A stretch of 64,000 bases of DNA. Source: Coleofasciculus sp. B1-GNL1-01 (GTDB lineage Bacteria; Cyanobacteriota; Cyanobacteriia; Cyanobacteriales; Coleofasciculaceae). The notes beneath the pieces were generated by a model, which saw only the letters and a list, made by a program, of their open reading frames with translations, had not been told where the DNA came from and ran no database searches. This document shows positions 30,566-39,003 of the stretch, one piece after another (within the stretch, counting starts at the first letter, position 1; each line of letters starts with the position of its first letter). The DNA lies in assembly GCA_040220235.1 (NCBI GenBank), contig JAVJTO010000004.1. One strand, written 5' to 3'. The translations under genes and the position numbers were made by a program.

Positions 30566-30893
30566 AAATTCGGCTGTTGAGGTTCGATTTACGTTGCCGT
30601 TTAAGCGTCGGCTGAAATCCCTCTCCAAGCATTATCGTCAGATTCGTAAGGATATTCAACCCATAATTGATGAGCTTCAGGCTGGAAATTTTGTTGGCGC
30701 TCAGATTGCTGGGACAAACTATGTTGTTTTCAAGGTGCGAGCAAAGAATAGACTCTTGCACTTGGCGATTAGAAATCGCAGCTATACAAACCAAACCCAC
30801 CTACGTGGGTTTCCAACCTTTTTTGTTAGTCCTTACCTTGCGGACTTTGCTTGTATATGCCCCTCCAATTCTATTCTGAAGGCATGGTACTAA
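30558..30893 (+). pseudogene. RelE/ParE (HigB-like) toxin truncated by a repeat element
   Basis: FKRRLKSLSKHYRQIRKDI...VFKVRAKN, then reads into hairpin-rich repeat DNA from about 30749; the expected GKSGGYRxIY segment is absent. Confidence 0.7.
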
Positions 30894-30901
30894 ATTTGAA
30901 A

Positions 30902-32011
30902 TCAACTCAAGCGCTGGCGTAGCCACAACGCCAACAGAGGGAGAGCCAGTCGATAATTTTGCTCGGAGCCATAAATCAAGCCTTTGTGTTGTAATCCCGC
31001 GATCGCGCCTTGGAGACTCCCCCCTCTGGATAGGTAATGTTTGTGAATATAATCGCGACTTTGGGGCTTGTCAGTCGGATCTAATGCCAGAGATTCCAAC
31101 AGATGCGCCTGATTCGCCGGAAGCAGCATCAGTAATGACTCGAAAACCATGGATAGGTCAGATAATAGCTCTTGAATTGCCTGCTGGATGTGGCGATCGC
31201 GGATTAATCCGTCAGCCACTCGCACCGACTGGAGGCGTCGCACCAGTGCGGAAGCATCCCCTAAATGTCCCTGTACCGCATTGACAAACAATTCCAAGGC
31301 TTGCGATCGCGGATCGAATGTTAGCCCTTCGACATGCAGAACCTCCTGCGCCCAAGCCGCCACCACATCATTGGCTAAGGGGGCTAGCTGCACGATTTCT
31401 AAGCTATTTCCCAGTTCATCGGGATGAATGCTAATTTCTGCGATCGTTGCTACTAATACATAACTCACCTGAGTCTGACGCTCGATCTCTTGCTTCAAAA
31501 AATTTTCCCACACCCTATGACGATCCCAAGAGCGAATGTGGGGGAAGCTTTCCAAAATTAGCACCACCCGTTCACCTGTAGATTTGGCTAATTCTTGTAG
31601 GAGTTCCAGTAATCCCTCAAATGCTTTCCATTGCTGCTGTTGACTCTTTACCCGAACAGGTTTTAGCTGCGCTCTACCTCGTCTACTATCGTTGAGGACA
31701 AATAATTCAGCCGCTTTGTGTTCAATCCACTCTTGCATGAGAGCGTGAGCCGTTGTACTGAAAAACGTCTGATTGATGCTCTCGCACAACAATTGCACGA
31801 AGCGTTGACCATCAGTCACCCGGATACAGTCAACTTCCAGGATTTTCACACCAACTTCCCGAGCCGCTAGCCGTACCAGACTCCGCCGTCCGCTTCCCGG
31901 TACTCCCACAATCAACAGGTTGCCCTCATGGGCTAAAACCTGGATGATTCGCTGGAATTGCGATTGCCGTCCAACCAATTGAAACGGTGTTGATACATCC
32001 AAAATGGTCAC
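30902..32011 (-). CDS. AAA/STAND-like P-loop protein with degenerate Walker motifs
   Basis: LVGR, GVPGSGRRS and VLILESF motifs; C-terminal wHTH-like LQHKGLI. Confidence 0.75.
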   Translation of the reverse strand: MTILDVSTPFQLVGRQSQFQRIIQVLAHEGNLLIVGVPGSGRRSLVRLAAREVGVKILEVDCIRVTDGQRFVQLLCESINQTFFSTTAHALMQEWIEHKAAELFVLNDSRRGRAQLKPVRVKSQQQQWKAFEGLLELLQELAKSTGERVVLILESFPHIRSWDRHRVWENFLKQEIERQTQVSYVLVATIAEISIHPDELGNSLEIVQLAPLANDVVAAWAQEVLHVEGLTFDPRSQALELFVNAVQGHLGDASALVRRLQSVRVADGLIRDRHIQQAIQELLSDLSMVFESLLMLLPANQAHLLESLALDPTDKPQSRDYIHKHYLSRGGSLQGAIAGLQHKGLIYGSEQNYRLALPLLALWLRQRLS

Positions 32012-32219
32012 GGTTTTAGTGTCCTGATAGCAAGAGTAGAAAGGTTCCGGCGGTACACCTTCAGTCCTTCAGCTGCCAACGGTATTCGGTGACTCAGGGC
32101 TGAGGTTAAGTATTGACTTGCCACGAATCGGTTCTTTAAGCCGACTATTGCATGTTTTATCATGTCGATCCTCTGCTCAAACCAACCCGTTGGTGTGGTA
32201 TGAGTCTATCGTTGATATT

Positions 32220-32290
32220 GACACTTTTCAATAGTGTCAGTCTTTTATAGCACTATTAAAAGGTGCTATAAATGTTTTAGCACCTTTTCA
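32220..32290. promoter_or_regulatory. Palindromic operator array upstream of mrp copy 1
   Basis: TGACACT-N7-AGTGTCA, TAGCACT-N7-GGTGCTA and a TAGCACC half-site; conserved at 34061-34130. Confidence 0.6.
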
Positions 32291-32305
32291 CCGGAAAGCA
32301 TAGCC

Positions 32306-32431
32306 GTGTTAGCCGCCTGCCTATTTGCCACTATTCTGGGCGAATTTTTCGGCATCATCTTAAAAAAGACGCTAGCACGATATCATCCGACCTTAGAAAG
32401 CAGCGAGGTTGAGAAATACAATACTCCATGA
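32306..32431 (+). pseudogene. mrpC: mrpC copy with in-frame internal deletion
   Basis: About 21 N-terminal and 20 C-terminal residues match the 120-aa MrpC at 34149; the middle is missing. Confidence 0.85.
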
Positions 32432-33867
32432 GTACATTGACAATTGCCTGGATCGCACTACCGCTATTTGTGGGGTTCAGCATTTATCTGTTCCCCAAAC
32501 TTGACCGATATCTCGCACTGGGCGTCGCCTTGGTTTCGGCTGGATATGCGTTGCAGTTATTATTTGTGGCTAAATCGCCCTTAACCCTGCAATTATTAAA
32601 TAATTTCGGCGTCACTCTAGTCGCTGATCAATTAAGCGGTTTTTTTATATTGACCAATGCCTTGGTCACAACTGCCGTTATCCTCTACTGTTGGCATACC
32701 AATAAGACGGCGTTTTTTTATACACAGGCAATTATTTTACATGGCAGTGTCAATGCCACCTTTGTCTGTGCCGATTTCATCAGTTTATATGTGGCGTTAG
32801 AGGTCATTAGTATTGCCGCATTTCTGTTAATTGCCTATTCCCGAACCAATCGTTCCATTTGGGTGGCTTTACGCTATCTGTTTGTCGGCAATGTAGCCAT
32901 GCTTTTTTATCTAGTGGGTGCGGTTTTAGTTTATCAGGCAAATTATTCCTTTGCTTATGAGGGGTTGAGTAATGCACCCATCGAGGCAATTGCCTTGATT
33001 ATTCTGGGACTGCTGGGTAAGGGGGGCATTTTGATATCGGGATTGTGGTTACCCTTAACCCATTCCGAATCCGAGACCCCCGTATCCGCGTTGCTATCGG
33101 GGGTTGTGGTGAAAACGGGCGTGTTTCCTCTGGTGCGCTTTGCGTTGATGGTGCCAGAGGTTGATCCCATTGTTAGACTTTTCGGTGTGGGAACTGCACT
33201 GCTGGGAGTCGGGTATGCCGTCTTTGAAAAAGATACCAAGCGCACGTTAGCCTGTAGCACGATTTCCCAAGTAGGCTGGATACTCGCGGCACCGGAAGTC
33301 GGCGGTTTTTATGCCCTAGCCCATGGATTGGCGAAATCAACGCTGTTTTTGATCGCGGGTAACTTACCCAGCCGAAACTTTAAGGAACTTAAAGAGCAGC
33401 CAATGAATACCGGACTCTGGATTGCCCTCGTCATGGCTAGCCTATCAATTTCGGGCTTTCCCTTGCTCGTCGGCTTTAGCGCGAAGGTATTAACGTTGAA
33501 AAACGTCCTACCTTGGCAATGGATTGTCATGAACCTGGGGGCGGTGGGAACCGCGATGGTGTATGCCAAATTCATCCTTCTGCCCCATGGAAAAGGGAAG
33601 CCTGTTCGCTCCAGTTTCTGGACTCCAGTGCTACTACTACTCACTGCGCTGATTGCCGCAAGTGGAATGTATTTAGAAGTATACACCCTAGCAAATATCA
33701 CCAAAAACCTGGCAATCATCGCCGTTGGAGGGTTGGTATACGGTTTGATTTTTCGGCGAGTGGTACTCAAAGTACCCCGTATGTTTGAGCAATTGGAGCA
33801 TCTGATTGGGGTGATGGGAGTGATGAGTCTAGCGTTGATTCTTTTATTCAAGATGGTATTGGCATAA
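32428..33867 (+). CDS. mrpD: Mrp Na+/H+ antiporter subunit D, copy 1 (NdhD5/6 type)
   Basis: LYVALE, WLPLTH, SALLSGVVVK and HGLAK motifs. Confidence 0.9.
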   Translation: MSTLTIAWIALPLFVGFSIYLFPKLDRYLALGVALVSAGYALQLLFVAKSPLTLQLLNNFGVTLVADQLSGFFILTNALVTTAVILYCWHTNKTAFFYTQAIILHGSVNATFVCADFISLYVALEVISIAAFLLIAYSRTNRSIWVALRYLFVGNVAMLFYLVGAVLVYQANYSFAYEGLSNAPIEAIALIILGLLGKGGILISGLWLPLTHSESETPVSALLSGVVVKTGVFPLVRFALMVPEVDPIVRLFGVGTALLGVGYAVFEKDTKRTLACSTISQVGWILAAPEVGGFYALAHGLAKSTLFLIAGNLPSRNFKELKEQPMNTGLWIALVMASLSISGFPLLVGFSAKVLTLKNVLPWQWIVMNLGAVGTAMVYAKFILLPHGKGKPVRSSFWTPVLLLLTALIAASGMYLEVYTLANITKNLAIIAVGGLVYGLIFRRVVLKVPRMFEQLEHLIGVMGVMSLALILLFKMVLA

Positions 33868-33902
33868 GGGAGATAAATTCATGAACCCCGCCCAATTTTT
33901 TC

Positions 33903-34020
33903 TCCCCCAGCTTCCCCAGCTTCCCCAGCTTCCCCAGCTTCCCCAGCTTCCCCTGCTCCCCCAGCTTCCCCAGCTTCCCCTGCTCCCCCTGCTCCCCCTG
34001 CTCCCCCTGCTCCCCCTGCT
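33903..34020 (+). repeat. 9-bp tandem repeat CCCC(A/T)GCT(T/C), about 13 copies
   Basis: Directly visible between the two mrpC-D units. Confidence 0.92.
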
Positions 34021-34060
34021 CAAACCAATCCGTTGCTGTGGCATGAGTCTATAATTGGCA

Positions 34061-34130
34061 TTGACACTTTCCAATAGTGTCCGTCTTGGTTAGCACTATT
34101 AAAACGTGCTATATATGATTTAGCACCTTT
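34061..34130. promoter_or_regulatory. Palindromic operator array upstream of mrp copy 2
   Basis: GACACT-N7-AGTGTC, TAGCACT-N7-CGTGCTA and TAGCACC. Confidence 0.6.
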
Positions 34131-34148
34131 TTCCAGGACAGCATACCC

Positions 34149-34511
34149 GTGTTAGAAGCCTGCATATTTGCCACCATCCTGTGCGGATTTTTCGGCATCA
34201 TCCTGAAAAAAAACCTGGTGATGAAGATCATCTCCATGGATGTGATGAGTACGGGGGTTATTGCCTACTACGTGCTGATCGCATCACGCAAAGGTGAAGC
34301 CTTGTTCACACCGATTATTTCCGTCGAAAATGGGATTATTTCCCACGTCGAAAATGGCGCTTACTCTGATCCAGTTCCTCAAGCGGTGATCTTGACGGCG
34401 ATTGTGATCGGCTTTTCGATTCAAGCGCTGATGCTGGTTGGCGTGATGAAGCTAGCACGGGATCATCCCACCTTAGAAAGCAGCGAGATTGAGAAGCACA
34501 ACACCCCATGA
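34149..34511 (+). CDS. mrpC: Mrp antiporter subunit C
   Basis: DPVPQAVILTAIVIG motif. Confidence 0.93.
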   Translation: MLEACIFATILCGFFGIILKKNLVMKIISMDVMSTGVIAYYVLIASRKGEALFTPIISVENGIISHVENGAYSDPVPQAVILTAIVIGFSIQALMLVGVMKLARDHPTLESSEIEKHNTP

Positions 34512-35941
34512 ATACATTGACGATTGTCTGGATAGCACTACCGCTATTTGTGGGGTTCAGCATTTATCTGTTCCCTAAACTTGACCGATATCTCGCACTG
34601 GGCGTCGCCCTAGCTTCGGCTGGATATGCATCTCACTTATTTGTGGCTCAGTCAACCTTAACCCTGCCATTATTGGATAGTTTCGGCGTCACCCTAATCG
34701 CTGACGAAATGAGCGCTTTTTTTATATTCACCAATGCCTTGGTCACAAGCGCCGTTATCCTTTACTGTTGGCACACGAATAAGACGGCGTTCTTTTTTAC
34801 ACAGATGATTATTTTACATGGCTGTGTCAATGCCGCCTTTGTCTGTGCCGATTTCGTCAGCTTATATGTGGCGTTAGAGGTGATTAGTATTGCCGCATTT
34901 CTGTTAATTGCCTATCCCCGAACCAATCGTTCGATTTGGGTGGGGTTGCGCTATCTGTTGATCAGCAACGTAGCAATGCTGTTTTATCTGATGGGTGCGG
35001 TGTTGGTGTATGAGGCGAATTACTCCTTTGCTTATGAGGGTTTGAGCAATGCTCCCATCGAGGCAATTGCCCTGATTTTTATGGGACTGTTGAGTAAGGG
35101 GGGTATTTTTGTATCGGGATTGTGGTTACCCTTGACCCACTCGGAATCCGAGACTCCGGTGTCAGCATTGCTATCGGGGGTTGTGGTAAAAGCTGGGGTG
35201 TTTCCCCTGATGCGCTTTGCTTTGATGGTACCAGAGATTGATCCCATTGTTAGAATCTTCGGCGTAGGCACAGCCGTGCTAGGAGTCGGTTATGCCGTCT
35301 TTGAAAAAGATACCAAGCGAATGTTGGCATTTCACACGATTTCGCAGTTAGGCTTTGTCCTAGCAGCACCCGAAGTCGGTGGTTTTTATGGGCTAACCCA
35401 CGGGTTAGTTAAATCAGCGCTGTTCCTCATCGCGGGAACCTTACCCAGCCGTAACCTCAAAGAACTGCACCATAAACCGATTAATACCCCAATTTGGATT
35501 GCTTTAGTCATCGCTAGTTTCTCTATCTCCGGCTTTCCTCTATTGTCGGGTTTTGGAGCGAAGGTTTTGACGATGGAAAATCTTTTGCGCTGGCAAGTGA
35601 TTGGCATGAACATTGCGGCTTTTGGAACGGCAATATCCTTTGCTAAATTCATCTTTTTGCCTCATAAATCACAAGGAGAAGGAAATGTCAAACCCGGTTT
35701 CTGGTTAGCCATGATCTTATTAATCGGGGGTTTAATTTTAGCAAATGTTGTGTATTACGAGGCGTATACGGTTAAGAATATAGTGAAACCCCTAGTCACT
35801 ATCGCACTTGGATGGTTGGCATATTTTTTGATTTTCAAACGACTTGCCATAAAACTCCCTCGTATGCTTGAGCAATTCGATCATCTGATTGGGCTGATGA
35901 GTTTAATGTTGCTGTTGCTGTTCGGAATGGTATTCGTTTAA
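34508..35941 (+). CDS. mrpD: Mrp antiporter subunit D, copy 2
   Basis: Same motifs as copy 1; KRMLAFHTISQLG. Confidence 0.92.
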   Translation: MNTLTIVWIALPLFVGFSIYLFPKLDRYLALGVALASAGYASHLFVAQSTLTLPLLDSFGVTLIADEMSAFFIFTNALVTSAVILYCWHTNKTAFFFTQMIILHGCVNAAFVCADFVSLYVALEVISIAAFLLIAYPRTNRSIWVGLRYLLISNVAMLFYLMGAVLVYEANYSFAYEGLSNAPIEAIALIFMGLLSKGGIFVSGLWLPLTHSESETPVSALLSGVVVKAGVFPLMRFALMVPEIDPIVRIFGVGTAVLGVGYAVFEKDTKRMLAFHTISQLGFVLAAPEVGGFYGLTHGLVKSALFLIAGTLPSRNLKELHHKPINTPIWIALVIASFSISGFPLLSGFGAKVLTMENLLRWQVIGMNIAAFGTAISFAKFIFLPHKSQGEGNVKPGFWLAMILLIGGLILANVVYYEAYTVKNIVKPLVTIALGWLAYFLIFKRLAIKLPRMLEQFDHLIGLMSLMLLLLFGMVFV

Positions 35942-35988
35942 TCTCAAACTCTTACAAATGACCAATGACCAATGACCAATGACAAAAT

Positions 35989-36378
35989 ATGATTGGACAC
36001 CTGAATTTGATATTGCGATTAGCCATTTGGTTTTTGCTCACCGCTAGTCTGAGTGTGCCAAATATCATCATTGGTATCGCCGTCGCCTTTCTATTACCAG
36101 GACGCCCCAAAACTCCGGAATCCTTAAAGGATTGGTTACGGGTGCTGGGTGAGGTACTTGTGGCAATTCCCCAGGCATATTTTGAGGCATTTGAAATTAT
36201 GTTCCGCCCTCATAAGTACGAAGATGTAATTATGGAACGGGTCAAACCCCAGCGTACACCTGGACTGGTTTTTCTGGATATATTTTTAATTACGTTTACC
36301 CCCAAGACTATTGTTTTAAAATACCACGAGGAAGGCTCCTATGAAGTCCACCGAATTAGCCGGAGAAAACGAACATGA
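35989..36378 (+). CDS. mrpE: Mrp antiporter subunit E
   Basis: ITFTPKT...EVH motif; operon position. Confidence 0.85.
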   Translation: MIGHLNLILRLAIWFLLTASLSVPNIIIGIAVAFLLPGRPKTPESLKDWLRVLGEVLVAIPQAYFEAFEIMFRPHKYEDVIMERVKPQRTPGLVFLDIFLITFTPKTIVLKYHEEGSYEVHRISRRKRT

Positions 36379-36656
36379 ATTTAATTTTAATTACTATGAT
36401 GTTGGCGTTGCTAATCCCCATGTATGAGGCATGGCAGGATAATGATATTTGGCAAAAAATGTTGGCGTTTGCCAGTATCGCGACTAAAACCTCAATCATG
36501 ATTCTGGTTGTTTCTGTATTACGGGATGACTGGATGATCGGAGTTGTGGGGGTGATTATTCTAAGTGTGGGAAATGCCGGATTAATGTTGTTGGCACATA
36601 TCCTGAAACGCATGAGTGATTTAGCAGAAGAGTCCTATTATGATCAACGTGCTTAG
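36375..36656 (+). CDS. mrpF: Mrp antiporter subunit F-like
   Basis: Three TM segments, overlapping operon position. Confidence 0.7.
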   Translation: MNLILITMMLALLIPMYEAWQDNDIWQKMLAFASIATKTSIMILVVSVLRDDWMIGVVGVIILSVGNAGLMLLAHILKRMSDLAEESYYDQRA

Positions 36657-36924
36657 TTATATCTGTATCGGGTTAGGAATTGTCTTCTGGTTTTGGGGAA
36701 CTTTTCCGTTGATTGGTCACCGATCGGTATTATTTAAACTGCATACTCTTTCGGTGGCAGATACTCTTGGCTCAATGAGTATTATCGTCGGATTGTTGCT
36801 AAAAATACCCAGTGAGTGGCCCCTACTGATTCTCGCCATCATCTCCTTGGCGATTTGGAATACAGTGCTGGGGTATGTGTTGGCGTACTGTTCAAGTAGT
36901 GGGAAGGAGGTTGACTATGAATGA
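36640..36924 (+). CDS. mrpG: Mrp antiporter subunit G
   Basis: KLHTLSVADTLG motif. Confidence 0.85.
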   Translation: MINVLSYICIGLGIVFWFWGTFPLIGHRSVLFKLHTLSVADTLGSMSIIVGLLLKIPSEWPLLILAIISLAIWNTVLGYVLAYCSSSGKEVDYE

Positions 36925-37522
36925 AAGTGATATCTATGTGATTATTGCGCTGCTGCCCTTAGCTTCTTGTATGTTGATCTTTCAGGTGAATCCTTACCAT
37001 GCTTTGGTGATTCGGGGCATTTTGGGAGCGGTGGCGGCATTAGTTTATGCAGTGTTGGGCGCGGCGGATGTGGCGTTGACTGAAGCTTTGGTGGGTACGA
37101 TGCTGGCGATTACGCTATATGCCGTGGCGGTGCGTTCATCTTTAACGATGCGTCTGGGTGTACTTGAAGACGGTGGCGATAAAGTGCCGACTACGGAAGA
37201 AGTTGAGCGGCATTTTGGGGAACTGATGGATGATTTACGCCGCATTTTTAGCAAACATTATATGCGTGTCGAGTTAGTCCCGTACACAGATCAGCAGGCA
37301 TTACAACGGGCGCTGATGGAGAAAGAAATTCATGCTACCTGTACGCGATCGCATCAAGCAAAACTTGAGCCTCAAGACCCGACAGTACCTGAGTCTGAGA
37401 CGCCATCTTATCACACCGCGACTCGGGTTCAACGCCTCTATGACATCATGCAAACCGAACTGTCGTCACCTGCGACACATTTAACCTATATCAATACACC
37501 AGATTCAGGGGAGAAACACTAA
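36917..37522 (+). CDS. DUF4040 (MrpA C-terminal/MrpB-like) subunit
   Basis: LGAADVALTEALVG motif; AGGAGG before ATG 36917. Confidence 0.85.
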   Translation: MNESDIYVIIALLPLASCMLIFQVNPYHALVIRGILGAVAALVYAVLGAADVALTEALVGTMLAITLYAVAVRSSLTMRLGVLEDGGDKVPTTEEVERHFGELMDDLRRIFSKHYMRVELVPYTDQQALQRALMEKEIHATCTRSHQAKLEPQDPTVPESETPSYHTATRVQRLYDIMQTELSSPATHLTYINTPDSGEKH

Positions 37523-38193
37523 TGAAATGGGTTTACATTGCAGCCGGGATAGCGCTGTACGTTATATTCCTAATCACGCCCAATATGTCAAATTTGGCAC
37601 CGGATTTATCAGATATCTCTATCGTCGAAGCCGTTGTAGAAGACAGTGGCGTGTCCAATGTGGTTTCGGGTATCATTTTCCGGAATCGGTTGTATGACAC
37701 CATCTTTGAAGTGGTGGTATTTACGATCGCAATTATGGGTGTGCGGTTTCTGCTGGCGGATGAAAAGCCGTTCTGCACTGTCTATCAGTTTACCGATCAA
37801 CCCTCGATGATTTTGGCGCGTCTGGGAGCAACCATTTCCGCGTTGGTGGGTATCGAATTAGCGATTCGGGGACATCTTAGCCCTGGTGGTGGGTTTGCCG
37901 CTGGGGTAGCTGGGGGAACCGCGATCGGTTTGGTGGCGATTACTTCATCAACGGAGTGGATGCAGGAAATCTATAAGCGTTGGCACGCCTCTAGATGGGA
38001 GAAGGTTTCGGTGCTGGTTTTCATTGTCCTGGCGGTGATCACGCTAGCTGGATATGAGTTACCCCACGGAGAGTTAGGCAAACTGCTCAGTGGCGGGATT
38101 ATCCCCCTGCTCAATATCCTTGTCGCCGTAAAAGTCGCCTTGGGTTCCTGGGCAGCTATTTTAGTGTTTGTTCATTATCGGGGATTGTTGTGA
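37522..38193 (+). CDS. mrpB: Mrp antiporter subunit B
   Basis: RLYDTIFE and GHLSPGGGFAAG motifs. Confidence 0.92.
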   Translation: MKWVYIAAGIALYVIFLITPNMSNLAPDLSDISIVEAVVEDSGVSNVVSGIIFRNRLYDTIFEVVVFTIAIMGVRFLLADEKPFCTVYQFTDQPSMILARLGATISALVGIELAIRGHLSPGGGFAAGVAGGTAIGLVAITSSTEWMQEIYKRWHASRWEKVSVLVFIVLAVITLAGYELPHGELGKLLSGGIIPLLNILVAVKVALGSWAAILVFVHYRGLL

Positions 38194-38217
38194 TATCAAG
38201 CGCGGTGGGATCATATT

Positions 38218-38419
38218 GATACACAGCAGGATCACTATCAACTGCTTTATGTTGGTTGGCGTGGGAATAAACGTGATTTTGGCTGTATTCTGCATGTTGA
38301 TTTTTGCCAACCGATTAGTCGCTATGGGAGTACCGAAACAAGATATCGTTTTGGCTTTCCATGAACCTGAAGTGCGCCAGCTTACGGGTTTTGGTACAGG
38401 TGAAGCGATCGCCGATTAA
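38218..38419 (+). pseudogene. XisI family remnant
   Basis: DTQQDHYQLLYVGWRGNKRDFGCILHVD in one frame and ANRLVAMGVPKQDIVLAFH in another; N-terminus and the KIWIQxDGTE segment are missing. Confidence 0.8.
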
Positions 38420-38476
38420 TCCAAGTTATATCATGTCCGTCTAAACAGTCGGGCAGGATAGTTAAAGAGCAAGGTT

Positions 38477-38893
38477 TCATTCATCCGTTACCTTTCGTCG
38501 CATCGCTTTGATATGCGATCGCCTACTTTTGCTGTCCAGACGTTTCCGTTGAGAACTTCGAGTGGGCTTGCTTGGTTTACGGCGTTTGGGAAGTGCGATC
38601 GCACTCTTAATCAACTCTCGCAATCGCCGCCGCGCTTCTTCCCGATTCTGCTGTTGGCTGCGGTGTTTTTGGGCTTTGATGATAATCACCCCGTCTTTGC
38701 TAATACGCTGATCAGAACGTTTCAACAGCCGCTCCTTGTAGCGATCGGGTAGCGAGGAAGCCTGGATATCAAAGCGCAGGTGAATAGCACTCGCCACTTT
38801 ATTTACATTTTGCCCCCCTGCCCCTTGAGAGCGCATCGCACTCATCTCAATCTCATCCTCTGGAATACTCACAGTATTAGAAATTTGTAGCAT
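38477..38893 (-). CDS. arfB: Alternative ribosome rescue peptidyl-tRNA hydrolase ArfB
   Basis: GAGGQNVNKV, RSQQQNR and a basic C-terminal tail. Confidence 0.95.
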   Translation of the reverse strand: MLQISNTVSIPEDEIEMSAMRSQGAGGQNVNKVASAIHLRFDIQASSLPDRYKERLLKRSDQRISKDGVIIIKAQKHRSQQQNREEARRRLRELIKSAIALPKRRKPSKPTRSSQRKRLDSKSRRSHIKAMRRKVTDE

Positions 38894-39003
38894 AATTTAA
38901 CAATTGCCTAGAGATAAGTCACACCCATAGTTGAGCAGATTGTACCCAAGTTTGCCGTTAGTGATTGTCTTCCAGTAAACCGAGTTGTCACCCAAACAAG
39001 CCG

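Noticed and set aside
32030..32110. Possible c-di-AMP riboswitch or SRP RNA upstream of the P-loop gene
   Set aside because: Only CCGAAT/GGAACC fragments match; the remaining conserved elements are missing
32250..32272. CIRCE-like TAGCAC...GTGCTA
   Set aside because: 9-nt gap between the hexamers versus 13 in CIRCE, and not upstream of a chaperone gene
33844..34074. GSR/GSW repeat ORF
   Set aside because: Translation of the 9-bp tandem repeat; no sign of coding function
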